Positions 46,621-56,451 of a stretch of 64,000 bases of DNA are shown piece after piece (within the stretch, counting starts at the first letter, position 1; the number at the start of each line of letters is the position of its first letter). A program made the position numbers and the translations under genes. This stretch comes from Escherichia phage saus132. Under the pieces are notes generated by a model. That model saw only the letters and a list, made by a program, of their open reading frames with translations, ran no database searches and had not been told where the DNA came from. The stretch lies in the sequence record NC_047884.1; one strand, 5' to 3'.

Positions 46621-47322
46621 TCAAATTTTGATTTTTTCGATCATGATGGCTACACAATAACTTTCAACTAAAGCATCGAATGCTGGATCATGCTTCACGG
46701 GATAGATTCCATAACGAATGGTGTCCATCTTTTCCATTTTAGCTTTTGCCCAGCTAGCACCTTCGGCTTCTAGATCTTTATAACTATAACCAGCTTGCAT
46801 CCACTGATTACGGAAAGATCGAACGTTACCTAAGTTCCAGAATTTCCACGGAACTATTTCTTCATGGGTTCCGGCATGGAACGTATTTGCAGAGTAGATA
46901 GTCATATCAAACTCTGGGCCATTGCCGTAATACAGAGCATTATCTCCTAGAGACAATTCCATAATGTTCTGAGCCATAGAGAAGGCAGCGTAATTAGAAC
47001 CTACATCATTAGTGCAGTGATGCTTACCATCACGGAAGGCAATCAGTTTCGGATTGCGATTAGTCAATGCTTCTACTATATGGCAAGCTGAAGTACTCAG
47101 TCTAGCTTGTTCCATCCAGAATGCAATAGTAGAGGCAGTTACCTTAGCACCCGCATTAAGCTGATCCTGAACGTCTAGAGTAACGAAAACCAGATCAGGA
47201 TCTTTATCAATTCCGTGCATCGCTACAAAAGCGAAAGAAGGCATTGCGATATGAGTAGTACCGCAATTTCCTGGAGTACCTAGAGATTCAATGTCCAGCA
47301 TACCAAAGGGCTTGAATTTCAT
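46621..47322 (-). CDS. exonuclease (DexA-like)
   Basis: 233 aa; LDIESLG and KFWNLGNVR motifs resemble T4 DexA. Confidence 0.4.
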   Translation of the reverse strand: MKFKPFGMLDIESLGTPGNCGTTHIAMPSFAFVAMHGIDKDPDLVFVTLDVQDQLNAGAKVTASTIAFWMEQARLSTSACHIVEALTNRNPKLIAFRDGKHHCTNDVGSNYAAFSMAQNIMELSLGDNALYYGNGPEFDMTIYSANTFHAGTHEEIVPWKFWNLGNVRSFRNQWMQAGYSYKDLEAEGASWAKAKMEKMDTIRYGIYPVKHDPAFDALVESYCVAIMIEKIKI

Positions 47323-47352
47323 AATTATGTCCTTTATTGTTGTAGAAAACTA

Positions 47353-47565
47353 TTAAAGAGCTGTCTCTTTAATAGACTCCCACTGTTTGGGGTCTTTCAG
47401 AGGAATTTCCTCTTCTTCAAACAGGTCTGTTCCATTTTCGTTAACATCCCAGTTTTCTTCCATGATTTCTTCTAGAAGCTCATGTTTAGAAAGACGAGTG
47501 TAGTCTCTAGCAGACTTATGAGTGCTAGCACGGTTAAAATCATTCTTTGCAACGAAGTTACGCAT
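47353..47565 (-). CDS. hypothetical acidic protein
   Basis: 70-aa ORF. Confidence 0.4.
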   Translation of the reverse strand: MRNFVAKNDFNRASTHKSARDYTRLSKHELLEEIMEENWDVNENGTDLFEEEEIPLKDPKQWESIKETAL

Positions 47566-47570
47566 AGTTT

Positions 47571-47596
47571 CTCCAAATAAGAGGGGCTTTCGCCCC
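47571..47596 (-). terminator. putative intrinsic terminator (GGGGCTTTCGCCCC hairpin)
   Basis: hairpin recurs near 47861 and 53728. Confidence 0.45.
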
Positions 47597-47606
47597 CTGA
47601 TTTAAA

Positions 47607-47822
47607 TTACTTGCCCAGTAGTTTAAGGATATTTTCCTTAATAGTTTGAGCAGATTTTTCACTCTTATTGGTTTCAGCCAGTTTCAGAGCGAGTTCTTCC
47701 TGCTGTTTCTGAATATCAGCAGCAGTTTTCTGGTCAGCTTCAATACGAGCTTGAAGTTCATCAGTAATAGTGGTAAAGGAAGCAACGATTTCAGTAACGG
47801 AACGTGGTTTCTTAGAGAACAT
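47607..47822 (-). CDS. hypothetical coiled-coil protein
   Basis: 71-aa ORF. Confidence 0.4.
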   Translation of the reverse strand: MFSKKPRSVTEIVASFTTITDELQARIEADQKTAADIQKQQEELALKLAETNKSEKSAQTIKENILKLLGK

Positions 47823-47860
47823 AAAAATATCCTTAATTAGTCAGAGAAAGAGTTAATATA

Positions 47861-47876
47861 TGGGGCTTTCGCCCCA
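47861..47876 (-). terminator. putative intrinsic terminator (GGGGCTTTCGCCCC hairpin)
   Basis: same hairpin core. Confidence 0.45.
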
Positions 47877-47883
47877 TCAATCA

Positions 47884-48399
47884 TTACTTCGCTTTACGCT
47901 TACGAGCAGGTTTAGCGGATTTACGATCAGAAGCACCAGTAAACTTAATACCGATACCATAGCACAGAGCGCGAACGTTGTCACGGCTGTACTCTACACC
48001 GAAGATATTCGGTTTAACGGAGCCAAACTGTCCACGCGATTCACGCATTACGTCAGCCATTGGCTTACGCTTCTGATTGACTGCTTTTTCGTAGTCTTTC
48101 AGAGCCATACCGTTGCGGGCGAACATTTCAGCACCGCCGTTAAAGCTCAGAGTTACCGGTACAGACTTATGACCTTCACCCTTGATGAACACAACCTGCT
48201 TAGCAGTTGCGCGAGTAGAGTTCTTGGCCTTCGGCTTCTGGCGAACCGGAGCCGGAGACTTCAGGGCAGTCTGAGCCTGAGCATCAGTAGGATGCTTACG
48301 CAGATGACGTTCCAGACGAGCCTTACGATTGGCTTCGGTCTGAGCGAAAGTTTTAACTGCCGGAGCTGCCTGAGTTTTTGCGTTTTTCTGCTTAGCCAT
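47884..48399 (-). CDS. basic Lys/Ala-rich protein (putative nucleic-acid binding), GC-rich gene
   Basis: 171 aa with K/R/A-rich termini; elevated GC. Confidence 0.5.
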   Translation of the reverse strand: MAKQKNAKTQAAPAVKTFAQTEANRKARLERHLRKHPTDAQAQTALKSPAPVRQKPKAKNSTRATAKQVVFIKGEGHKSVPVTLSFNGGAEMFARNGMALKDYEKAVNQKRKPMADVMRESRGQFGSVKPNIFGVEYSRDNVRALCYGIGIKFTGASDRKSAKPARKRKAK

Positions 48400-48482
48400 T
48401 ATTTGTTTTCCTTTTTGTTGATCAATTTATGAGATATATTATACGAAATTTTGAAGCGTTTAGCAAATGAATTTTTTAAAAA

Positions 48483-48761
48483 TTATCTGCCAATCATCTT
48501 AGCTTGTTCCTCACTGGAAACGTACTGATAACCACCCTTGTTATACGCAGGAGCAGTACACAGTTTCTTGCGCTCAATTTCTTCTTGAGCTTTGCGTTCC
48601 CTTTCGGCTAATTCTTCGTCTAGGTAAACTAGACGTTGCTCCGGAGGTGGTGGAAGCCTAGTTTCTGGCTCACCAATATTTGCCTTTCTGATCTGACGCG
48701 GAGGTTGTGCGCGTTTTCTCAAAGGTTTAAATCCTAATGAATTTGAGTTGTAAATTCGCAT
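48483..48761 (-). CDS. hypothetical protein
   Basis: 92-aa ORF. Confidence 0.4.
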   Translation of the reverse strand: MRIYNSNSLGFKPLRKRAQPPRQIRKANIGEPETRLPPPPEQRLVYLDEELAERERKAQEEIERKKLCTAPAYNKGGYQYVSSEEQAKMIGR

Positions 48762-48837
48762 AAAGCCCTCCTCACTTTCAATACGAATATTATACTAAAT
48801 TCGAGGGCTTTAAGCAAGTGAATTTTTAATTTATTTA

Positions 48838-49326
48838 TTACATCTCAGCAAGTTCTTGCTCAGTAATTACAGTATTGCATAGAGCATCAACTTCTTCGTT
48901 ACCACGAATACCTGAGTGACCTTTAACCTTAACAAAGGTTGGGTTAGTATCATGGAAATTAATATACTGTTGAGTTAGTTTAAACGCTTCTTGCCAGAGT
49001 TCTAGATTAAGAGGAGTTTCACCATCTCCTTTCTTCCATCCTTTCTTCTGCCAAGACCACATCCAGCTTTCCATACCATTTTTGCAGTAAGCAGAATCAG
49101 TGTATATAATTACTGGACGATTATCTTTCTTAGTAGACCAACGAAGAACTTCAACAATTGCAGTGAGTTCCATTTCATTGTTAGTAGTTTTAGGACTGAA
49201 GCCAGATTTAGAGCCAATACGATCATCATTATCATTATAGACAACGAATCCCCACGCACCTAAACCAGGATTGCCTTTACATGCACCATCTGTATATATG
49301 TGGAAAACCGACATTATTTGCTCCAA
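48838..49326 (-). CDS. rnh: ribonuclease H
   Basis: HIYTDGACKGNPG and YTDSAY motifs of RNase HI; real start may be the second ATG. Confidence 0.7.
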   Translation of the reverse strand: MEQIMSVFHIYTDGACKGNPGLGAWGFVVYNDNDDRIGSKSGFSPKTTNNEMELTAIVEVLRWSTKKDNRPVIIYTDSAYCKNGMESWMWSWQKKGWKKGDGETPLNLELWQEAFKLTQQYINFHDTNPTFVKVKGHSGIRGNEEVDALCNTVITEQELAEM

Positions 49327-49583
49327 TCAATTTCAAGCCAAAAACCTTCACGCTGTTCATACTTAGCTTCCACAACATAACCTAGTTTGCTAAGTTTTTG
49401 CATAACGCTATTTCTAGCGTTTTCTGAGTATTCAGTCAATCCCTGGATGTGACAGTTAAATTCTTTATCTTTGATAGCTTTGTCAATCTCTACGGCAATA
49501 AGTGATTCTAAATCAAGTACTTCCTTTTTAATACTAGCAATAGTATTTTGTTTTGCTTCTAAAGCAGATAAAAGAATAGACAT
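49314..49583 (-). CDS. hypothetical protein
   Basis: 89-aa ORF. Confidence 0.4.
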   Translation of the reverse strand: MSILLSALEAKQNTIASIKKEVLDLESLIAVEIDKAIKDKEFNCHIQGLTEYSENARNSVMQKLSKLGYVVEAKYEQREGFWLEIDWSK

Positions 49584-49585
49584 AT

Positions 49586-50164
49586 TTATTCTCCAATTAC
49601 TAAAACATCATGTTGAGAAGATACACCACACATATAATCTGCACAATGCGTAAAAGCCAGATCAATGATTTCAAATATATCATCTACATCTAAATCTGTG
49701 GCTCGACAATCCGCAATAGCTAAACCTGTACGAATACTGGAAAGTACATCTTCTCCTCCACAGCCTACACCGGCATATTCAACTTCTAGGATAGAAGCAT
49801 TAGATTGGAAAATAAAGATTCTTCCTTTGTAGAGCATAATAAATTGTCCCAGATTAGGTTCAGCATATTTTTCATTTTTCTTTTCGCCAAAATCTTTCTG
49901 GTTAAACATATCACGTAATTTAGGTACTATTTCCGTATATAAATATTTATCATCGGAAATATCTGCTAAACGTGGTGGTATAGTAAAGCTATGCTCTAGT
50001 AATTGTCCCATGTAGAAGGAACTAGTGTATCCGAAGTACAAATCATCGGAGATTTTGAATACTTTCGGATTTTTAACCAGCAGTTTCGTATAGCCATTAG
50101 AACCCATACGATCACCAGCTAAGTATACTTTATCTTTATATTTAAATGCTACTATGGCTGTCAT
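49586..50164 (-). CDS. HslV/proteasome-like Ntn-hydrolase
   Basis: N-terminal MTAIVAFKYKDKVYLAGD resembles HslV MTTIVSVRRNGHVVIAGD; GVGCGGED. Confidence 0.4.
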   Translation of the reverse strand: MTAIVAFKYKDKVYLAGDRMGSNGYTKLLVKNPKVFKISDDLYFGYTSSFYMGQLLEHSFTIPPRLADISDDKYLYTEIVPKLRDMFNQKDFGEKKNEKYAEPNLGQFIMLYKGRIFIFQSNASILEVEYAGVGCGGEDVLSSIRTGLAIADCRATDLDVDDIFEIIDLAFTHCADYMCGVSSQHDVLVIGE

Positions 50165-50262
50165 TATTAAATCCTTCTGTCAAATTAGAAGTATATTATA
50201 TTTGAATTTCACTAAGTAAGCAAATGAAATTTAAATATAATAGCCCCGAAGGGCTATTTGAA

Positions 50263-50616
50263 TTAGATTATAATCAAGATTATTAGGGCGTATGTCAGAT
50301 AATGCAGTAACTGATCAAATCCTAAAGCTATCCAAAACTTAGCATCGCTTATAGCATATTTACAGCGTTGTGCTTTCCAATAATCTATAATAAAGTGTAG
50401 AATTAATTCCATAATAGCTAAAGCTATAGACATTCCTGGTGATGTGAATAGGATTAGAATTGCAAATGTTAACCCAGCATGTACTAGCGAATGGGTTAAT
50501 AATGGAAGTTTCCACCCTATTTTATGCGTCTTTCTTAGCATATATGGTGTTTGGAGTGGATAATCGGCCATAAAATGTTTTAGAAAGAATATGACAAATA
50601 ATAGTATAATTAACAT
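50263..50616 (-). CDS. membrane protein
   Basis: 117 aa, three to four TM segments. Confidence 0.4.
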   Translation of the reverse strand: MLIILLFVIFFLKHFMADYPLQTPYMLRKTHKIGWKLPLLTHSLVHAGLTFAILILFTSPGMSIALAIMELILHFIIDYWKAQRCKYAISDAKFWIALGFDQLLHYLTYALIILIII

Positions 50617-50619
50617 ATG

Positions 50620-51474
50620 TTACACCGTAAATGGATATGCAATAGCAGGATGGTGTTCATAGCCATGAACAGTAAAATCATCCTTACTTACCCACGTTAA
50701 TACATCATCCAAAGTTCTAATATTTGGATTGATTTCTAAAGTAGGAGGTGCAAAAGGTTCACGATCGAATTGCTTGTGCTCCATCAGAACATTATACTGA
50801 TCTTCATAGATATGAAGATTGATAATCTTTTGACGAGCAATACCTGGCTTAAGACCTGTAATCTGTGCCATAATAGCTAGAAGTGCATAGCATTGTACCA
50901 TATTAAATACTTGGCCCAGCAAGAAATCATTAGACCTCTGGAAAGAGTTTAGGTATAGTGTATCACCTAAAATAGAGAATTGATGGGTATGCATACACGG
51001 ACGTAGGCATCCTTTACGAAATTCCCCAGGGTTCCAAAAAGTTAAAATTTCTCCACGATCGTCAATCCCTCTTTTCAAATTATGATAGACTTTGGCTAAC
51101 TGATCAAATACCATACCATCAGAATTAGTCCAATGACGTCCTTGAACACCATAGACTCGTCCCATATCATCCTCGCCTTTACGGAATGGATTACCTAGCC
51201 AGGCAATATTTTCATTTGCATTAGCATTCCATGTATTAACACCAATAGCGCGGAATTGTGCTGCTGAGTCGTACCCACGGAGATATCCGATCATTTCCAT
51301 TATTGCTTGTTTAGCAAATGCTTTACGAGTAGTTACTAGCGGCAGTTCTCCTGCTCCTACGTTAAAGGTAAAGTCTGCATCAATAATGGTTAGGCAACGA
51401 ACCCCTGTTCTAGGATTCGTTACCCATACACCCTCTTCAATAATACGTTTTCCAGTTTCAATATATTGGCGCAT
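50620..51474 (-). CDS. thyA: thymidylate synthase
   Basis: 284 aa; [10 protein letters not shown] and [22 protein letters not shown] align with ThyA catalytic Cys and folate-binding regions. Confidence 0.75.
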   Translation of the reverse strand: MRQYIETGKRIIEEGVWVTNPRTGVRCLTIIDADFTFNVGAGELPLVTTRKAFAKQAIMEMIGYLRGYDSAAQFRAIGVNTWNANANENIAWLGNPFRKGEDDMGRVYGVQGRHWTNSDGMVFDQLAKVYHNLKRGIDDRGEILTFWNPGEFRKGCLRPCMHTHQFSILGDTLYLNSFQRSNDFLLGQVFNMVQCYALLAIMAQITGLKPGIARQKIINLHIYEDQYNVLMEHKQFDREPFAPPTLEINPNIRTLDDVLTWVSKDDFTVHGYEHHPAIAYPFTV

Positions 51475-52001
51475 TAATAAGTCACCAGTTCTTGTACAAA
51501 AGATAAACTTTTGTCTGCATTATGCCCTACTGCATAGTCCATCCTAGTTGCTGTTGAATTAGTCATAGTAATATGATGGTGAAGATGTACATCAGCAGAT
51601 AATGGTGTAACTGAATTAATAGTAGATACATACGCCATATCTAGATGATTATTGACGTACATTTCAAGAAGCAGAGTTGCTCCTCCTAATACTACAGTTA
51701 CTTCTTCCTTGAGGAAATCAGGCAGACTGTACCCAATATTACTTATGCGTGTGGCTGATCCTACAGAGTTCGGTAGTGGTCTATTTGCATAAATAAATAG
51801 GTCAGAATCCCCTAGTATTCTTTTTTGCAGAGTCTCAGGGAATGCTAACCAAGTTCCTGCTCCTACAATAATATTGTCAGGTGCTAGAGAATCCAAAGTA
51901 GCATAGAAGATATCTAGTTCTTCTTTGAAAGAACCCCAAGGGAGTTTACCATTGAGGCCGAACTCCCCATTCGGCCCAGTTGCATAGATTGCTGCTATCA
52001 T
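51474..52001 (-). CDS. frd: dihydrofolate reductase
   Basis: 175 aa; N-terminal [22 protein letters not shown]; ATGA-coupled to thyA. Confidence 0.7.
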   Translation of the reverse strand: MIAAIYATGPNGEFGLNGKLPWGSFKEELDIFYATLDSLAPDNIIVGAGTWLAFPETLQKRILGDSDLFIYANRPLPNSVGSATRISNIGYSLPDFLKEEVTVVLGGATLLLEMYVNNHLDMAYVSTINSVTPLSADVHLHHHITMTNSTATRMDYAVGHNADKSLSFVQELVTY

Positions 52002-53146
52002 TAGAACATACCCTCAAATTCGTTGCCAAGATCTTTCAGAGTATCCATAGATGTTTCTGTGACTTGACCTACACGATATGCTGCGCCAATCTGAATCTCT
52101 TGCGGAGCAGGTTGTAAAGATGTAGTATCCAACCAGTTCATGATCCACGGAATAGGGTTCTTAGTAATTACAGGTAAGTGGCTTGGCCATTCTACACCAA
52201 TGTGCATAAATGCGTTACGTCCTACAAAGTAAAGGTATTCTTCAAGCAGTTCTGCGTTCAAACCAATCAGACTACGGCCTTTAAAGATAAAGTGACCCCA
52301 TTCAATCTCAGTTTTCAGAGTTTTTAGGAGTTGTGTTGGTGCTTTAGCTAATGCTTCATCTACCAGATCTTTATCAAATTGCTGAAACATAATCTGGATG
52401 ATAGCTTTAGACATTTGAGTATGTAGAGCTTCATCTTTAGCGATTAATTGCAGGTTCTTAGCAATACCTTGCAGAATATCGTTCTCTGCTAGAGCAAAGG
52501 TACATGCAAAGGATGCGTAGAACTGCATTGCTTCCAGACCGTAGATTGCAAAGTAAGCATCTAACAGCTTAGCCTGAGTTTCACGTTTAACTTCAGGGAA
52601 CTCAGTTTCTGGATAAGTATTATCACCACGATGATCACGTACTGCAAGGAAATACTGACCTAACAGATACAATTCATCAAACAGTTCAACAGAATCTGCG
52701 ATACGTGCAAATGCTTCTTGGTTTTTAGTTACAGAATCAATAAATTCTGCTGGATCAGTCAGAACGTTACGAATAATATTACTATACGCACGGCTGTGCA
52801 GATCTTCGAAGTAGCTCCACTGCTTGAGCATACCCTCCAATTCAGGACGGCTTACAAGCGGCATAATAGCTGCTTCAGGAGCACGGCTAATGAAAGAATC
52901 TGTTTGGGTCTGCCATGCTAAGTTCAGGAGAGTAATTTCCTGAATATCACGCGGAAGGTTTGGCCATTGTTTCTTATCGGCTTCCAGACTGATTTCAGTT
53001 TCAGTCCAAAATTGAGAACGTTGCAGAAGTGCTAGACGCTCAAGTTCAGGATGTGCTACACGAACGTAATCTGCGATACCAAGAGAATCGCCCAGGAAAA
53101 GGTCAGCGTTAGTATGATCCCAATTCAGGTTTAGTAAAGTAGTCAT
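52001..53146 (-). CDS. nrdB: ribonucleotide reductase small subunit
   Basis: 381 aa; di-iron helix motifs; overlapping stop/start with frd. Confidence 0.8.
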   Translation of the reverse strand: MTTLLNLNWDHTNADLFLGDSLGIADYVRVAHPELERLALLQRSQFWTETEISLEADKKQWPNLPRDIQEITLLNLAWQTQTDSFISRAPEAAIMPLVSRPELEGMLKQWSYFEDLHSRAYSNIIRNVLTDPAEFIDSVTKNQEAFARIADSVELFDELYLLGQYFLAVRDHRGDNTYPETEFPEVKRETQAKLLDAYFAIYGLEAMQFYASFACTFALAENDILQGIAKNLQLIAKDEALHTQMSKAIIQIMFQQFDKDLVDEALAKAPTQLLKTLKTEIEWGHFIFKGRSLIGLNAELLEEYLYFVGRNAFMHIGVEWPSHLPVITKNPIPWIMNWLDTTSLQPAPQEIQIGAAYRVGQVTETSMDTLKDLGNEFEGMF

Positions 53147-53212
53147 TGATTTTCCTCTTTCTCACTATTTCAGGAATATTATAGCAAATCTGGTAGCGAT
53201 TAGCAAGTAAAA

Positions 53213-53695
53213 TTATAAACTATCAAGCTCCAATAGTTTAGCATCGCGCCATTCTATAGCATCCTCTAATTCTTTAAATGTTTTAGTATGTTTTACACCT
53301 TTCCTAGCTATTTGGACTTGATAAGATCCACTTGCTTTTTGGTGTATATTTTTAATACCTAACTTATTGTCCTTATGTGCTCCAACGTTCTTTCCATTAC
53401 TAAATCTGTTAGAGGCTAGTAAATTAATTGCTCTATTATCATGACGTATTCTATTATCATGATCTACTTCTTTTGGGATGTACCCATGCGTAATATAGAA
53501 TGCTAGGATATGTGCGTAGTATTTTGTACCTCTTACCTGCATTACTATGTATCCTGAGCATTTTTCCAAAGAGCCTGCCTCTTTGCCTGCAAACTTAGTA
53601 TTAAATGATTTATCTTCTCTAGGTTTGTGGGTAAAGATTCCGGTTTCTGGATTATAGTCAAATAACTCAGCTATTTCTTTGTATTTTTCTTCCAT
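53213..53695 (-). CDS. HNH homing endonuclease between nrdA and nrdB
   Basis: 160 aa; EYNPETG and AHILAFYITHGY..DHDNRIRHDNR motifs. Confidence 0.6.
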   Translation of the reverse strand: MEEKYKEIAELFDYNPETGIFTHKPREDKSFNTKFAGKEAGSLEKCSGYIVMQVRGTKYYAHILAFYITHGYIPKEVDHDNRIRHDNRAINLLASNRFSNGKNVGAHKDNKLGIKNIHQKASGSYQVQIARKGVKHTKTFKELEDAIEWRDAKLLELDSL

Positions 53696-53727
53696 AATCT
53701 AAAATTACAGCCATTATAGGCCTAATA

Positions 53728-53745
53728 AAGGGGCTTTCGCCCCTT
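53728..53745 (-). terminator. putative intrinsic terminator (GGGGCTTTCGCCCC hairpin)
   Basis: third copy of the hairpin, downstream of nrdA. Confidence 0.45.
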
Positions 53746-53750
53746 ATTTA

Positions 53751-56084
53751 TTATAATTGACAACCACCAGATGCGCATCCAGCAGCAGCTTCCTCTCCTG
53801 CACCTCCACCATTTTCAGTGTTGAAGTTTGCATAATAAAAGGTTTTCCAACCGTACTTAACAGCAGTCATAAAGTCACGAACTACTACTGGGCCGGGAAT
53901 GATTTCATTCTCGAACTTGGTGTAGTCATAGTACATATTCGTACTGATAGACTGGCTGAAGAATTTCTGCATGGTTGCTACCCATTTGATCCACTCGATA
54001 CGATCTACATCATAAGCCAGTTTATAGCTCATTAATGTATCCCAATCAGTTGCACCTGGAGCAATTGCAATTACTTTATTCACTGCACTACCCTTGATAG
54101 ATACGATCTTACGGGGCGGTTCGATAGAGTTAGTAACACCTAGCAGTACAGAGGAACTTTCACCTGGCATCTGAGCAGTCAGAACAGAGTTGCGCATACC
54201 ATATTTCAGAATATCTGCACGCAGAGATTCCCAATCCATTTCTAGACCTACAGTTACCAGTTCATCAACAGTTTTCTTGTACGTGTCGATTACCAGAGTT
54301 CCTTGCGAAGGCTTAGTACGATTAAACCAGTCACATGCACCTTGTTCTTTAGCCAGACGTACAGAGGCTTTATGTAGGAAGTAGGACAGCTTTTCAGCTT
54401 CACGGTGAATCCAGTTACGTGCTTCAACACCTTCGTAAGCCAAACCTTCTGCTGCCATTGCACCTGCTGCGTTCATCAGACCAATACCAACGTTACGACG
54501 TTTCTTAGCCGTGTATTCCATAGTTGGGAATGGATAATCCTGAATCTCGATGATTGTATCAACGAATTTCAGAAGGATGTAGCAAGTTTTCTCCCATTCA
54601 GCCAGAGATTCCATGCGGCCTAGTACAACACCACCTAAGTTACACAGAGATACTTCACCAATATCTTCTGGACGCATATCGTCTAACTGATCTTGGGTTT
54701 TATACAGTTCCGTAACGTGATGGAATGGACGGGTTGGCTGAGTAATTTCAACACAAAGGTTGGTCATACGAATCGGGTCAAGGAAGTTACCATGACGGTT
54801 AGATTCACCAATGTGATGAGCATACATACGCCCTGTTTCCATACGGATACGTAACCAAGTATCTAGGATTTCTTTTGCAGAGATTCTAGGAGCTGCTGGA
54901 ATTGTTTTTCCTTCGTGGTCGATCTTTGTAAGAGATGCCACACGTTTCTCCGCTGCCACGTAGATTTCTTCAAACTTAGCCTCATCTTCACCATAAAACG
55001 CTTCATGAACTTCTGGTGCGTAGAAGTAGGACATTAGCGTAATATCTTCGTTTTTCAGGTAACGTTTTAACAGAAGGTTGTTAAAGCTCAGAGAATAATC
55101 CATCTTATCGATTTTATTCTCGTCTGTAGCACGTTGCTGCTTAACCTGCATCAACTGAATGATTTCAGGATCGAAGTATGGATAAGACACAGTAGCAGAA
55201 CCGCCACGGGTTTGCTGAGTGTTAGCTTTTACTGAACGGTCAATGTGTCGATAATATGGCAGTTTTCCGGAATGCGGGAATGCCCCATTTCGCACCGGAT
55301 CAGCAATTGATCGGCTTTCAAGATGATACCCGATTCCCGCTCTGGCTGCGACCATTTTGAAGACGATATGCTCGGCTGTGTCGATTGAATCCAGCGTGTC
55401 AGTGGAATCCACGAGGCAACAACTAGCAAATCCACGGTCACTAGAGCGCAGGCCAACCAGTGGCGGCGTAGGAACGTTGATTTTGTGGAGCGACATTGCA
55501 TTGTAGAGGTCGATTGCATCTAGAATTGTCCAGTTAGGTTGAGATAACATCGCCATTGCCATACCCATGTAGGCAAACTGCGGGGTTTCATAAATTTCAC
55601 CAGTTGCAATATTACGACGAGAATACTTGTCGAAGAACTGTTTCAGTCCACCACTGGTGAATAAACGATCGCGATCATGATCAATAACTTGGTTCAGAGC
55701 GTCAAACTGATCATCGCTAATCCATGCACTCATGTCTTCCCAAGCGCCAACACGAACCATATGATCGTGGAAGAAACGCAGAGAAGGTGGTTCGAAGGAA
55801 TCATATAGGCGTTTACGCATCTGCGCAAGACGTAATTCCTTTGCTGGCACATCGTATGCTGGGTTATCTTTGATAAGACCTTCAGCGGCTTTAATTAACG
55901 CATCCATTAGGGTATCGGAATCTACAACACCTTTAGGTAGAGTTTTTTGAGCAGACATAGTGATGGCTGACCAGCTCACATCAACTGTTTTGCAGCCATA
56001 TACTGCCCAACCATTGAGTTTTTCAGGAGCAAAGTCTTCTACAGTACCGTCACGTTTAATTACTTTTGTAATTCTAAAGTCCAT
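53751..56084 (-). CDS. nrdA: ribonucleotide reductase large subunit
   Basis: ATP-cone VIKRDG near N-terminus and class I RNR catalytic core; start set at ATG after AAGGAA RBS (track start 56144). Confidence 0.8.
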   Translation of the reverse strand: MDFRITKVIKRDGTVEDFAPEKLNGWAVYGCKTVDVSWSAITMSAQKTLPKGVVDSDTLMDALIKAAEGLIKDNPAYDVPAKELRLAQMRKRLYDSFEPPSLRFFHDHMVRVGAWEDMSAWISDDQFDALNQVIDHDRDRLFTSGGLKQFFDKYSRRNIATGEIYETPQFAYMGMAMAMLSQPNWTILDAIDLYNAMSLHKINVPTPPLVGLRSSDRGFASCCLVDSTDTLDSIDTAEHIVFKMVAARAGIGYHLESRSIADPVRNGAFPHSGKLPYYRHIDRSVKANTQQTRGGSATVSYPYFDPEIIQLMQVKQQRATDENKIDKMDYSLSFNNLLLKRYLKNEDITLMSYFYAPEVHEAFYGEDEAKFEEIYVAAEKRVASLTKIDHEGKTIPAAPRISAKEILDTWLRIRMETGRMYAHHIGESNRHGNFLDPIRMTNLCVEITQPTRPFHHVTELYKTQDQLDDMRPEDIGEVSLCNLGGVVLGRMESLAEWEKTCYILLKFVDTIIEIQDYPFPTMEYTAKKRRNVGIGLMNAAGAMAAEGLAYEGVEARNWIHREAEKLSYFLHKASVRLAKEQGACDWFNRTKPSQGTLVIDTYKKTVDELVTVGLEMDWESLRADILKYGMRNSVLTAQMPGESSSVLLGVTNSIEPPRKIVSIKGSAVNKVIAIAPGATDWDTLMSYKLAYDVDRIEWIKWVATMQKFFSQSISTNMYYDYTKFENEIIPGPVVVRDFMTAVKYGWKTFYYANFNTENGGGAGEEAAAGCASGGCQL

Positions 56085-56207
56085 TGCGGTTTCCTTTTTA
56101 TAGTTCTCAGGATTTAGATAGTATTCTACTTTGTTTTGAGTCATTATGCAAGTACAATTTTTCAGATAAAAAGAGCCCGGATATTTTCATACCCAGGCTC
56201 GTCTGTC

Positions 56208-56450
56208 TTACCATTTAAGTTTATCGGCTTGATCAAGTAACTGCTGTTGTATTTCTCGGTTAAAGAGAATATCTACAGAAGTACTTAGTTCATTATAGTT
56301 GAAAGGCCGATTTGGATTAGAGGCTACAATTTTCCACGCTAGGGTAGTCTTAGGACTTTCTTCTCCTTCCTTACGTGTAATCATATTAGCAGCACTCAAT
56401 GAAGTACGGTGGATCTTAGTTTTGCGGTGCAGATGTACGACGTTTCCCAT
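56208..56450 (-). CDS. hypothetical protein
   Basis: 80-aa ORF between phoH and nrdA. Confidence 0.4.
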   Translation of the reverse strand: MGNVVHLHRKTKIHRTSLSAANMITRKEGEESPKTTLAWKIVASNPNRPFNYNELSTSVDILFNREIQQQLLDQADKLKW

Positions 56451-56451
56451 A

